A stretch of 64,000 nt of DNA, taken from assembly GCA_020184695.1 (NCBI GenBank), contig JAANOX010000071.1:1-64000 (forward strand), written 5' to 3'. The translations under genes were made by a program, and so were the position numbers. The notes under the pieces were generated by a model. It had not been told where the DNA came from and did no database searches. It was given only the letters and a program-made list of their open reading frames with translations. Numbering within the stretch: the stretch's first letter is position 1; each line of letters opens with the position of its first letter. The DNA is from Histomonas meleagridis 2922-C6/04-290x (lineage: Eukaryota; Protista; Parabasalia). Below are positions 14,194 through 28,200 of the stretch, in pieces.

Positions 14194-15903
14194 ATGCTGT
14201 TTTTACAGCTACTTTTAGGAACTGTCCTTTCAGATACATATGCGTTCGACTTCACATCAAAGAGCGTTCGCATTGCATATCAAAAAATTGGTAAACCAAT
14301 CAAAATTCTTAATATAACAAAGCAATTTCCAACCAATCATTTTTTATCGATTTGTGAACATGACGATATCAAGGAAGAAACAGAAGAATTTGTTTCTTTA
14401 TTGGATTTACTTCCACTCAAAAATTATGAAAATGATCATGCAATATCAGTAATACCATTCAATACTACTACATGTGTTAGAGTGCGATTACTCTCGTTAA
14501 TTAAAATGGCTGGTTTTCTAAATGTTCAAACAATTACTACAGATTATTCTCTTATAAATGATTTTCTTTATGATGCAATTACAAAACTTTCATCGAAATC
14601 TTCAATAGCTATTATTGATATAAGAAAGCACCGAAATGAAATAATTTATTTTGAACATAATAATTCTCGAATTCAAATTAAATTTGATGTTTTTTCTGAT
14701 AACATTAAAGAAATGAAAAACAACAAAATGATAAATCCGGATTATGTTTACATCACAGGAACACATTCCACTAAGAAAGGAAATCAAAAGTATTTTACGA
14801 ATCTATTTCCAAATTCAAATGTAATTTTTTCGAGGCACCCCAAGCATTCAATACTATGGGGTGCCCTGAACAATGTAAACAAATTCAGAAAATACTTTTT
14901 TAAGACTTTAAATCCATATGAAACTAAGATATCAACGCCTTCTTCTAACAAAACAATTAAAATCAACACATTAAAGCCAATCACCAATTCTAGGCTCCAA
15001 GTGTCACCAAATTCTCCACGGATTCTTCAACTTCAAATTGGAAGTGATTCTCAAGAAATACAACTTTCTGAAATTACGGATGACCCTATCCAACCAGATT
15101 CATCACTAATGTTAACATTTGGTTGTTCACCCAAATACTATAGTTTTGACATCACTAAACTTGAGGTAATCAATCAAACATCACATGGCCGTAATCACTC
15201 GTTAAATATTTCGCATAGCTTACTTGATATATTTTACAAACTTGAACACATCGAAGATCATCAAAATACAATTAATCAATATTTCCAAAAGAAATTTATG
15301 CAATCTGAGCACGATTCTAAATGTTCTGATATTCGTAGTTTCATTAACTCTATCACAAAAGCAGCACGAAACGATATTACACTTGCATATGTTACCACTC
15401 CGCAAGAACGCGAAGAAATTATATCAAACATCAGCGTTGAATTCGACTGTTCCAATAGCAGCATCGAAGAACTTGATCAGATCTTTAATGAATTGCGTCA
15501 AAAAGTTCACGATCCATGTTTTAAGTTTTTGCAGGAACTCGATCGACCATATGCAGTCCAAAAACTGAACGAAATGTTAACCAAGAGCGAAGAAAAAAGG
15601 AAAACATCGACTGCATCTCAAACAGCAAAAGAACATTTTGATGAAGAATTTAATAATGCGAAACAAATGATCGAAGAGATCGAAAATATGGATCCTTTAC
15701 AGATGCCAAAGATCACTGTTTCGGATATAATGGAACAATGTAAGAGAATTGAAGAAGTAACAAATGAAATTTCGGCAAGAACAATAAATATCGGACAGGG
15801 AGGATTATCAGAGGAAATGATCAAGAAGCTGGAAAAAATGGGTATAAAGGTTAGTAGGCAAGTACCGGATGAAAATGATAAAGGCGCAGAAGAAGGGAAC
15901 TAA
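14194..15903 (+). CDS. Secreted/ER divergent Hsp70/Grp170-like protein
   Basis: Signal-like MLFLQLLLGTVLS followed by AFDFTSKSVRIAY (degenerate GIDLG...KVA phosphate-1 motif), IAIIDI and VYITG segments and a helical C-terminus. ATG at 14194. Confidence 0.45.
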   Translation: MLFLQLLLGTVLSDTYAFDFTSKSVRIAYQKIGKPIKILNITKQFPTNHFLSICEHDDIKEETEEFVSLLDLLPLKNYENDHAISVIPFNTTTCVRVRLLSLIKMAGFLNVQTITTDYSLINDFLYDAITKLSSKSSIAIIDIRKHRNEIIYFEHNNSRIQIKFDVFSDNIKEMKNNKMINPDYVYITGTHSTKKGNQKYFTNLFPNSNVIFSRHPKHSILWGALNNVNKFRKYFFKTLNPYETKISTPSSNKTIKINTLKPITNSRLQVSPNSPRILQLQIGSDSQEIQLSEITDDPIQPDSSLMLTFGCSPKYYSFDITKLEVINQTSHGRNHSLNISHSLLDIFYKLEHIEDHQNTINQYFQKKFMQSEHDSKCSDIRSFINSITKAARNDITLAYVTTPQEREEIISNISVEFDCSNSSIEELDQIFNELRQKVHDPCFKFLQELDRPYAVQKLNEMLTKSEEKRKTSTASQTAKEHFDEEFNNAKQMIEEIENMDPLQMPKITVSDIMEQCKRIEEVTNEISARTINIGQGGLSEEMIKKLEKMGIKVSRQVPDENDKGAEEGN

Positions 15904-16026
15904 TTCTGTTAATAAATTTATTAGAATGTAATTCAAAATTTGATACAAACGATAGATGAATTCTATAATTAATTCATCGTTTTTGTCTGAAAATATTTGT
16001 CGTTTTATTTATATTTCGAATATTAA

Positions 16027-17220
16027 ATGTTCGCTCTATTATTTGCAGCGAGCTTACAAAAAAGACCTGTGATAATAGTTCCTGGTTTCATTGGAAGCAA
16101 AATATTATTGTCAAGTGAAGAAAAATCAAAATGGTATTGTCCTGATAAACAAAGTAAAATAAGTTTCACAAATGTTATGCAATCAATACCTCCTAGAGGA
16201 CTGTGTCTTTTTAACATGACCATGCTTCATTATGACAAAAACACAGATACATATCTCAATTCTAAAAATACTACTGTCCAAGTTGTTGACTTTGGCGGTG
16301 TTTCTGGCATTGATTACATTCATGAATATCCATTTGGTATTCGTGGTGGTCCTGGATTTTACAGATACATCAAACTTGCTCAAGAACGTGGTTATGTAGT
16401 TGGCAAAGATTTGTTTGGTGCTCCATACGATTGGCGTTATGGCATTTTCCTTAATGACACCTTTTGGCAATCCTTCAGTGAACTTATTGAAAACTCGGTA
16501 AATATAAATGGTGAAAAAGCCTCAATTCATGCACACTCTTTTGGTTGTGTTTTGACACATTATTTTCTTACCCATCATGTTACAGAAGAATGGAAATCAC
16601 AATACATCCAGAATGTTGTTCTTGTCGGTCCAGCCTTTTCTAGTTCACCAATGGCCATGAACTTTCTTTCTCCGCAGAAAATCTTTGGAATTAGACTTAC
16701 TCCATTAGAAAATTTAGCGCGATCACTTCCAAGTTTATATCATTTTATGCCAAATCTTGAAATGTTTGGCGATATTGACATTGTTAAAACTGATTCTCGC
16801 ACATATAAACTCTCAGAGATCGAAAACTTTGCGTTAGATTATAATAATTACACAGAAGAACAAATCATAACAATGAAAAAAGGAATTAAATTATCGCGTG
16901 AAGCACCAAAGCCAATAAATGCAAATACATTTATAATATATAACAGTGCAATGAAAACTGGCCTTGTAATGGAATATAAAAATGGAAAATTAAAATTCGA
17001 TGACGCAAAAGGTGACGCTGTTGTGACATCGCATGGAATCGATTGGATCTGCAAGAATTGGAAAATGGAACACCAATTGAAATGTGTCGATTTGAACCAA
17101 ACGAAAAATGCGTTTCATCATAAAAATTTGGTTGCAAATGATGTGGTAATAAATATGGCTTTGGATTGGGCATTGGGAAGCTCAGAGAAAAATGCAAAAA
17201 CTTTAAATGAAGATTTATAA
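16027..17220 (+). CDS. LCAT / lysosomal phospholipase A2-like acyltransferase
   Basis: Signal peptide, PVIIVPGFIGS, GAPYDWR, nucleophile elbow AHSFG, GDAVV and a C-terminal His. Confidence 0.9.
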   Translation: MFALLFAASLQKRPVIIVPGFIGSKILLSSEEKSKWYCPDKQSKISFTNVMQSIPPRGLCLFNMTMLHYDKNTDTYLNSKNTTVQVVDFGGVSGIDYIHEYPFGIRGGPGFYRYIKLAQERGYVVGKDLFGAPYDWRYGIFLNDTFWQSFSELIENSVNINGEKASIHAHSFGCVLTHYFLTHHVTEEWKSQYIQNVVLVGPAFSSSPMAMNFLSPQKIFGIRLTPLENLARSLPSLYHFMPNLEMFGDIDIVKTDSRTYKLSEIENFALDYNNYTEEQIITMKKGIKLSREAPKPINANTFIIYNSAMKTGLVMEYKNGKLKFDDAKGDAVVTSHGIDWICKNWKMEHQLKCVDLNQTKNAFHHKNLVANDVVINMALDWALGSSEKNAKTLNEDL

Positions 17221-18144
17221 ATTATAATTTTGTTTATGTATAAACAATTTTTTGGTGTATTATTAAGTTTCATGTGTTTAATTTCTAAATATTTTAAAGA
17301 ATAATAAGTGGAATTAATTTTTAAAGAAATATTTTCACAAAATTTATATTTTATTAATGATTTTTGAATTTTTAGTATTATATATCTTGTTTCAAGGTTT
17401 TTCGTGGAAGATGTAATTTAACTCTTTCTTATTTCCATTTTCAATTACATCAGAATTATAAACTTTCTGAAATTATGCCAATTTTTTTGGATGGTTATCA
17501 CAATTTCTAATTTAAGAATGATAATTGATTATAACGAAAACAACAATCCACATAAAAGACATAGAAGAGTGACTTATTAAAAAAAAAAAAAGTAATGTTA
17601 TTTACCACAACACGCATCCATTTTTCCTGGCGTCTTCTTTCCCTATTTAAAATTGAGAAGTTGAACATTTTTTTATGAAAGGATCTTTGAGCTTTCACTT
17701 ACGCATTATCGAACAAAATTGTTTGAGGTGAGCTTCGTATTGTTACTTAAAACAAGGCATAATAACTTGAATTTCCTGTATAACTTGTACTTTTTTTCAA
17801 ATTTCTGGAATGTTTTTATTATAATTATTTTACTTCTTATTATCTTTATAAATCACCATCGTCAAATTAAACGAAATCGTATTTTAAGTTATCAAGAAAA
17901 TGCAAATGCAATCAATAACAATATTAATACAGAAAATGTTAATAATTTCTTTCATATTGAATAAGAACCATTTGCTAAAAATTTAAAAAAAAAATAATTT
18001 TATATAAAAATTTAATGTATCTATTGGATTTGCTATAATAAACATATAATATATAATCGAAGGAAACATAAGATTTGCCAAATAACAAAAATGTTTGTAT
18101 TGAATAAGTTAATAAAATTCATTTTGTTATTAAAATCTGTTTAT

Positions 18145-19969
<1,825 letters not shown>

Positions 19970-21459
19970 TAAAATCAAAAATATTTTGAAATTTTGTTTA
20001 TTTTTATTATAAATTGAATAACTTTTTATAAAAAAATATTTAATAAATTGAAAAAGAATATTAAATATAATTAAAAAAATGATATAATATATAAATTGTT
20101 AATTGTTGATTTAAATATGTAATAAAAAGAAATTCCTCAATAAAAATATAAAATATATTTACTTTATTTATTATATAAATATCAAAATAAATTGAAATTT
20201 TCTTCAAAGTATTAATAAAGTGATATTTAAATTTAGAAAAAGAAAATAATTCGAAACATTTTTTAAAGATATCAAATAGTGTTATAAATAAATGACTTAA
20301 TAAATGATAATATTTGCAACTTATTTTATGGTACTTTATATATGAGAAAAATAAAAATTTGTTATTTGAATGATTTTTGGTATTATTTAATAAATAATGA
20401 GTATATTTGGTATGGATCTGTTTATTTGTTGTTACATTTTTGTGTTTTTTTAAAATTTATATATTTTTATATTTTTTTATAAAGAATATTTTCATCATAA
20501 AATATGTTGAAAATAAAGTCAATAAAATGAATGCTGAAAGTCATTAACATGCATATTTCATTATTTATCATAAATATAATGGTCATAACTGGAAGACATA
20601 TTCTTGATTTTTAACTCGAACAAAGAACCTTCAAATTTTCATCAAAAATGTATGAAATTGGTTGTTTTTCATTTGAAATTGAAATTGTCAACAAAAATTT
20701 AATCGATACGAGTCATAAACAATGATAAGTGAGATGATAATGTTCTCTTCTCATTTTCTCTTTTAACTTGATACAAAATATTCTTTGTTTTCTTAGCAAT
20801 TTGATTAGAAAAACGATCGAAATCACTCAACACAAAATAATTCAATACCAAGCTTTCAAATAAAATTTTCAACTTTTCTATATACTTATTCAATTATTTT
20901 TAAATATAACCGCCTTTTACAGTCAAATTAAAATCTAATTCATTCAAAAACATTCAAATGAAATTATATTTGTGAACAATGAGCATTTTAAAAAGAATTA
21001 CTGATTGTTTTTTTGGTGATATATTCTTTCTTGTATTCATCAGTATTTTAGAAGCGTATTATATATTCAAACAAATCAATTTATTCAAAAAGAAAAAACA
21101 AATAAATTTTCTCGATAAATGAACAAGAAAAAATGATTTTTTTTTCATTTAGATATACAAGCTATTTGAATACCATAACAAACGCTTATCATTCATGGTA
21201 TTCTTAAACCATTGCAAGTTGATAAGGTTAATTCAAGTTTTATCAGTTTTTCATGCTTTTGTATTTTCGACAGAAACAAAGCAACAACAAATACTTTACT
21301 TTTTTAAAACAAATACATTAAACTTTCAATAACATTTTGCATAGGCAGTACTCAAATGCTTGTATTCAACATTTAGATGGTGCCTTCTTTTAATACAAAA
21401 CGGCATTGAAATAAATTTAATATCTTCGAATTTTATAAAGTTGAAAGTAATTTTACGTC

Positions 21460-21870
21460 TATATTCAAACATTAATTCTAACACAAATAATTACACAAAC
21501 AGTTATTTACAAAAATATTTTCACAAATACTATTACTGTTTGATGTTTAACATTTTATTTTTATGTTGAAACAAAATTTGTTTATTATTTTAATATCGTT
21601 GTTGAATGTTCATTATATTACATATTATTCTGCTTTTTATACAATTCTTCATAATGAAGATAAAGATTAAGAAAACAAAAATAAGGAAATGCAAGAAATT
21701 ATTATTATTGTAATCGTTTTTATTATAATTATTTTAATTATTTTACTTCTTATTATCTTTATAATTCGCCGTCGTCAAATTAAACGAAATCGTATTTTAA
21801 GTTATCAAGAAAATGCAAATCCAATCAATAACAATACTAACACAGAAAATGTTAATAATTTCTTTCATTT
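21460..21870 (+). pseudogene. Diverged stalk-TM-tail remnant, paralogous to 9270-9760
   Basis: Similar to the reverse complement of ~9300-9680. ORF 21689-22033 gives the TM (IIIIVIVFIIIILIILLLIIFII) and RRRQIKRNRILSYQENANP. Confidence 0.55.
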
Positions 21871-22963
21871 CCTTATTCTTATTTTCTTAATCTTTATCTT
21901 CGTGAAAGATGCGTTCATTATTTTATTTTCAGTGAGAGAATCAAAATTATATTTATTTGAAATAAAAACGTGTTTTTTGGAATTTATGAGGAGGATGAAA
22001 GTGCCAATGCGAATTAATATTATCATTAATTGAGAATGTCTATCATATTCCATTGTTTTGGTATCTGCGTTTCCAATATAAATCTGGTTTGGCTGTAACG
22101 AAAAACCTCTAATTTTTCATTAGAAATGTGTGTAACAACTGTTTTTCGAAAATGCGACATGTGAGTTTTCATCGAAATTATTTTGGATGCCAAGGCACAC
22201 ACGAAGCATTAGGTGACATGAGAAGATCTCATTTACTTGCTCACAAGTGAGGACTCGACATTTGAATGGGTTTAAGGGAAAACGACAACACACAATCAAC
22301 TTTTTATGAAAAGGAAGTTTCAATTGAATAGTCATTCAACTTTTATGTGTTCATGTCAAAATTGTATCAAAATATTCTCGATTGAAATTGTTTTCTGAAC
22401 TCGTTCTGACTTAAATTTAACTGTTGATTTACGAGGACTTTTAAATGGGGTTTCAAAAATGAGGTGGGAATGAAAGAGAGAATTATGGGCACAAAATCCT
22501 TGATTGATATCAAATAAATGGATCATCTTCGGCATAGTTTGTACGGTTGAAATGGTTTCTATGAACTCATTCTGGCTTAAATTTAACAGTCTATTGTATT
22601 CAACTGTGAATTATGTTTCTCAAATGGTATTCGCTTACAAAAAATGAGATGAGAATGGAAGAGGGAATTACGGGCACTAAATCCTCGGAATTGATATCAA
22701 GATTTTCTATTTAGAACTTGTTTCATCGAATGTAATAATATTTTATTTATTTATTTATTTTTTGTTTTAAGTTTATTAATCATTAGCGCTGTAACTTATA
22801 GTAATAATTGAATTATAAAATGTTTGAATAAAAAAAATGAATCGATAGCAAAACACTAATTTTTATTAACACGAAAGATTAATTAATTAAAAAATGAAAC
22901 TAGAGATTTTTTAACATTAAATCATATTTTATAGGTTATTAATGATTAATCATATATGGAAAT

Positions 22964-25150
22964 TTATACTTTTATAAATGTTTCTTCTTTAAAATCCTTT
23001 GCAAATGGATCATCTTCGACATAGTTTGTATTAAATACAGACTGAAAATTGTTTGCTGAATTTCCTTCTTCATATTGCTTTGACTCTTTATTTTCGGATT
23101 CACATTCATCTCCTGAACTAATCGTTTTATTATTTTTATTGCGGCGAATTAAATAAATAATAATGACAATTACTATTAAAATTAAAACACAAACTACGAT
23201 AACAATTATCATATTTGTATTCTTATTTTCGTTATTTAGTTCTTTTATTGGATTAATTAATGTAAAGAAATTTGAATAAAAATTATAAATTGTTGAATAG
23301 TATATAACAGTATAATTATAATAAATAATATTGGTATAAATATAAGTTGCCTTTGAATCAATCACATAAAATGAAAAAGTACTTAAATAAAATGCTTTCT
23401 GAATAATTGTTTCTGTAATTGAATATGTGCTATAAAAAATAATTGAATTTGTTAATATTAAACCAAACGGAAAAGAATTCGTAAATGTATTTGATCTTGT
23501 AAATGTATTAGAATTCGTAGGTGTATTTGATCGCGTTAATGTATTAGAATTCGTAAATGTGTTTGATCTTGTAAATGAATTTGATCGCGTTAATGTATTC
23601 GATTGTGAAAATGTATTCGTAGAGAAATTAAGTCGAATGCTAATGGCTTTTCCTATGTTATCTGCTTTGTCAACAGGAGCAACATGAAGATATCTTTGAT
23701 AAACAATATCTTCTGTAGTAAATTTAATAGTATCATTATATGCTGTATTTACCATAGTTTCTACATCACATTTAGAATTTTCGTTAATTAGATATTTATA
23801 ACATTTGATTCCCGTAGTAACATTAACATCAGCTTCTGAATTATCAATTTCTTTGCCTTCACTATTATATGATGCAACTTTAAATGTGTATAACGTTCCA
23901 ACATCATATGCTTCAATTATTGCTAAATAATTAATTGGATCTATTGTTATATTGATAATTTCTGGATTTGCTTTGTCAATCGAATAGTGATGTTCTTCAT
24001 ACTCGTGTTCAGTGGTCCTTTGCTTAAGATAAAATATAGTGTTAGCAAGGACTTTCCTTTCAAATTCTGTTGCGTTACATTCGCTGTGTCCTGTTTGGAT
24101 CATTGCTGTGTTTCCATACGTCGTAAGATAAAAATTCTCTGTTTCAGATATTTGAGTGGTACTATCGGAAAACGAATACCAAATATCTCCAGCGGCATTT
24201 TGCTTCGCTGTATGAGACCAGTAAATTTGTTGCTTCTGACTTGTATTAAGATCCCACGGGTAGTTTAAGATGAGACCTTGTTTGTGAACTTCAACTTCAG
24301 AAGACTTCGCACCTTCATAACTTCCTTCTTTTTGGTGGATACCAATTCCAAACAAATCTCTGATGGCGGTTAAGCCGATTGGCTTATCATCATTATCATC
24401 ATCAAGGAATTCTAAAATGATTGAATCGTGACCAGCAATAAAGCCATATCCATTTTTGATATATTTTTCTACAATGCCTTTTGATTTTTCTGTTGATAGA
24501 GAAAAACCTCCGCTATAATCCCAAAATCCGAAAACAACAACATCAAATTGATAAATAAAATTTTCTTCTGACGTTTCAAATTCATCAATTGAGTTTAATG
24601 TTACATCAATAATTTGCTCTTTCAACTCGGGATCAATACCCAAGGGGTCCGAGTTAATTGATTCAATGAATCCACCTTCCATCCATACTTTTAATGAAGC
24701 TGATTTTGGATATATGTGTTCCATTTGATCTTTATTAAATTTCATTGTAACATTATTAATTTTAACTGCTTCATCTAACTGCACATTCGCGCCAAGTTTA
24801 TTTTCTGATGGATAAATATTTAAAACTTTCATGGATGTCCCAATCTTGTGCGTGCTGAGTGGTTCCCACTGATCGTTTTTCGTTTTCAAAAATATTTTAT
24901 AATGAACATCTTTTTCATTATCTTCCCAATTGAGATAAGCACCACCTTTCCCATTTGCAAATGTGTCATTAGAATATGCGTATAGCTGTAATTCTTTGGA
25001 AAAAGTAAGGAAAAAGCAGAAAATAAACAATTTTTTGCAATTGATATGAATTTCAGTATTACGATAGTTTTTTTCTGTGGAAAACTTTTCATTTAATTTG
25101 TCTATCGTTTTTCCACGGAATTTTGGAATTATATTATATTTTTTAGCCAT
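22964..25150 (-). CDS. Type I surface protein: bacterial-like (DUF5057-like) ectodomain, SNTFT stalk, TM and DPF tail
   Basis: KVLNIYP, FDVVVFGFWD, GFIAGHDS and NFYLTTYGNTAMIQTGHS...ERKVLANTIFYLKQ recall Firmicute surface-protein domains (from memory, unverified). TM MIIVIVVCVLILIVIVIIIYLI; tail DDPFAKDFKEETFI. Confidence 0.75.
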   Translation of the reverse strand: MAKKYNIIPKFRGKTIDKLNEKFSTEKNYRNTEIHINCKKLFIFCFFLTFSKELQLYAYSNDTFANGKGGAYLNWEDNEKDVHYKIFLKTKNDQWEPLSTHKIGTSMKVLNIYPSENKLGANVQLDEAVKINNVTMKFNKDQMEHIYPKSASLKVWMEGGFIESINSDPLGIDPELKEQIIDVTLNSIDEFETSEENFIYQFDVVVFGFWDYSGGFSLSTEKSKGIVEKYIKNGYGFIAGHDSIILEFLDDDNDDKPIGLTAIRDLFGIGIHQKEGSYEGAKSSEVEVHKQGLILNYPWDLNTSQKQQIYWSHTAKQNAAGDIWYSFSDSTTQISETENFYLTTYGNTAMIQTGHSECNATEFERKVLANTIFYLKQRTTEHEYEEHHYSIDKANPEIINITIDPINYLAIIEAYDVGTLYTFKVASYNSEGKEIDNSEADVNVTTGIKCYKYLINENSKCDVETMVNTAYNDTIKFTTEDIVYQRYLHVAPVDKADNIGKAISIRLNFSTNTFSQSNTLTRSNSFTRSNTFTNSNTLTRSNTPTNSNTFTRSNTFTNSFPFGLILTNSIIFYSTYSITETIIQKAFYLSTFSFYVIDSKATYIYTNIIYYNYTVIYYSTIYNFYSNFFTLINPIKELNNENKNTNMIIVIVVCVLILIVIVIIIYLIRRNKNNKTISSGDECESENKESKQYEEGNSANNFQSVFNTNYVEDDPFAKDFKEETFIKV
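23476..23620 (-). repeat. 18-bp coding tandem repeat (SNTFT[R/N] stalk)
   Basis: About 8 imperfect hexapeptide units: SNTLTR SNSFTR SNTFTN SNTLTR SNTPTN SNTFTR SNTFTN. Confidence 0.85.
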
Positions 25151-25204
25151 TCGTCCTTACATATTGTATTTTTTCTGATAACATTTATCAAACATATTTT
25201 TTAT

Positions 25205-28200
25205 TTACCAGAATGGGCACCATCCACTGTAGTGTTTAACATAATTCATTGGGTCCTTAGCCTTATCTATTAGATTAGCCACATGTTCTTTCACTGGTAC
25301 TTCTTCCAGTGTTAAAGAATTATCTCCCCATTCTTTACCATACAATTTACATTTAATTCTATTCAACAAATTCTTATCTCTTGTGATTGTTATTTCATCT
25401 TTATCACCCTGATATGAAGGATCGCATAAAAACAAAGATAATTGAGCTGAAATCATGTCATCATTATCTCTCAAAACCGTCATCACATTTTCAGAGACCT
25501 CTGAAAAATAACCGTTGACCAAACAACCAGTCAAAGCGTTAACGATCATTCTAGTCAATCTAAACGGCACTTTTTCTGGAAAAGTGGTTCTAACGTTCGC
25601 CGACTCAAACGTTTCCCCAAAATCAATGTGAATAACTTTGCCAGTTTCTCTATGTATCATTATGTTTCCAGGGTGTCTATCTCCTAACCCTATTAAGTTT
25701 CCAATCATTGACATTATGGATGTACTCACAGTAAATCTTTCTCTTCGATTAAACCATTCAGCAGCATTTGGAGATTTTATCCAAAAGAATTCAAATAATT
25801 CGTGAGCTTTACATTGCTCTGAAACTATTTCAAACATTTCATAGCGTTGTAAACCATTCATAAATTGAAAACAGTTTTTGACATAACTTTGAACGATATC
25901 ATTTTCTAAAGAAATTGGAACATTTCGAAGTTTCCGATGATCAAGGATAATTTGATGTAAAGTATCTGCGCCAGTTACCCACGTAATTAAACCACTTTCA
26001 ATTGTCATTGGTATTACTGAGTATCTAGTAATAAAAGCAGATAAAGCTTTAGTCTCAAGTGATTTTCTAAGTATATGATTAGCTAATGAGAAAAATTGCA
26101 TTATTCGTTTGTCAAAACGAAGATCCTCATTACCTTTCAATAAGAATTTAATCTTTTCACCTTCGCTTGACATCATTACAACTTCCCTCGGATGTTGTTG
26201 AGTATCCAAAACATCCATTGTCGGTTGGATACGTTTAATCAAGGGAAATTCACCCTCTAGTTTATATTTGCCAGGAACCGCAATTGAAAAGTTTCTTTTT
26301 TCAGAAAGTTGTTCAGAAATTGTTGTAACGATAATTGTGCACAGATGGTCTTCTTTTTCTTTTAGGATACGAAGAAGGATTTTTAATGAATTCCACATTG
26401 ATTTAAAATCACCACGTTCCATAAATTCATAACATTGATTAATTTGTTTTCCATATACATTATTAAACATATGATCGAAAGAACATTGAGGGTCGAAAGT
26501 TCTATTAAATTGTTCTCTCAGAATTTTAAGTGCTTTTATATGATCTTTCGGACTAATTTTCATGGAGCTTTCGATTGTTTTAATCCATTGTTCAAGAATA
26601 GTGATTGAACAACGTACCATTCCATCAATAAACAAATTCCCATCTTCTGCTATATTTGGATATTCCAATTCCATTTTTTTAGATAAACTTTTACATAAAT
26701 CTGATTTAATTTGGTCGTCGATATTTGAATATAAATGTAAATCATATATTAAACTTTGATAATGTTTTAATCCGAATCGAGAAATGATCGAAAATATTAC
26801 ACTTCTAACGTTCGGATCATTATGTCCAAGTTGTTTCCAAACTTGCGGCAAAACTTTTATTAATAAATTGTCGGGAATATCGAAGTTTTTAATGAATTCT
26901 TCATCAACGGATTCTAAGTTATCCATTAACGATGAAATCAAACATATACATTCGATACCATCTTCTTGATGTAAACAAATTGTTGAATAATATTCACGTA
27001 TCGAATATAATATATATTGTTGTTGATTTTTAATATCTAAATCAGCAATTTTAGAATATACAAGTCCGAGTTTTTTATAAGTTTGATAATGTTTCGAATC
27101 AATTTCAAGTGACTTCAAAAGATATTTTTCTGCTTTTTTAAGAGATTTTAATGAATTACTTTTTAATTTAGATAAAAACTTCGCGTATAAATTATAAATA
27201 TGGACTTTAAATTGATCTGTTGGTGGATACATTTCATGGATTTTAATAAACGCATTAAACATATGATCACCAGTTTTATTCATCATATCAATTAAAAGAT
27301 TTGATAATTGGTCGTCATTATAATTTGAAGTTTTCTTAATGAATTCATCATAATTATGTGTTTGGAAATGTTCATCAAAATAATTTAATATATCAGGATA
27401 TGAATATTCTTGATTTAATATTAACTTAAAAAATGCTTCTCTAAAATTCAAGTCCTTTTTTAATATATATTTTTCAAACCCTTTCTTAGATCGATCTAAT
27501 AAAGATACAGCAAAAAATGTGTTTTTTAATGCTTCTTTTTTATTGCCCATATCCCATGATAATTTATTTCGAGCGATAGTCATGTTTTCATTATTTAAAT
27601 AAGAGAATAAAGGAGCTAAATGATTATATATCAAAGAAAATTGTTTTTCTTTTCTAATTTGATTAAACAACTTTAAGTAATAACCTTGATTCGATTCAAT
27701 AGGTAAAATTATGTTATGTAAATATAATAAACTATTCCAACCAAATAAATTACGTGTAAATCCTTGAACTCGATGTGACCAAATCTTTAATAAATGTTGT
27801 TGTGATTCCTGGAAATTATCTGAGTTTAAACATTCAATAACTTCATTAAATTCAATAATAATTTGAGCTATGTTTAATAACGTTTGTGGAATGTTTTGAT
27901 TACCTGTTAAAAATGATTCAATATCATATGCCAATAATTCAAACATTTTCTTTGTTGATTCTGCAGCTTTAGTTAAATCTTTTGTAGCTAAATAAAATAC
28001 AGTTATTATATACGATTTAAGTAAACTTATATTCTTTTCAAAATGTTTAACAATTATTTCTAACTTATCGAAATCGCCATTATTAAAATAAGCCCAAGCT
28101 AATGCATATAATGCGTCATCTCTTTTTTCTTCTGGAATTTCGATAAATTTCTTTTCATATGAAATAATTTCGTCAAATTTATTTGAATATCGTAAACATT

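Noticed and set aside
17590-17800. Minus-strand remnant ending KNGCVLW*, suggestive of a small-GTPase CaaX tail
   Set aside because: No G-box motifs are recoverable and several stops intervene.
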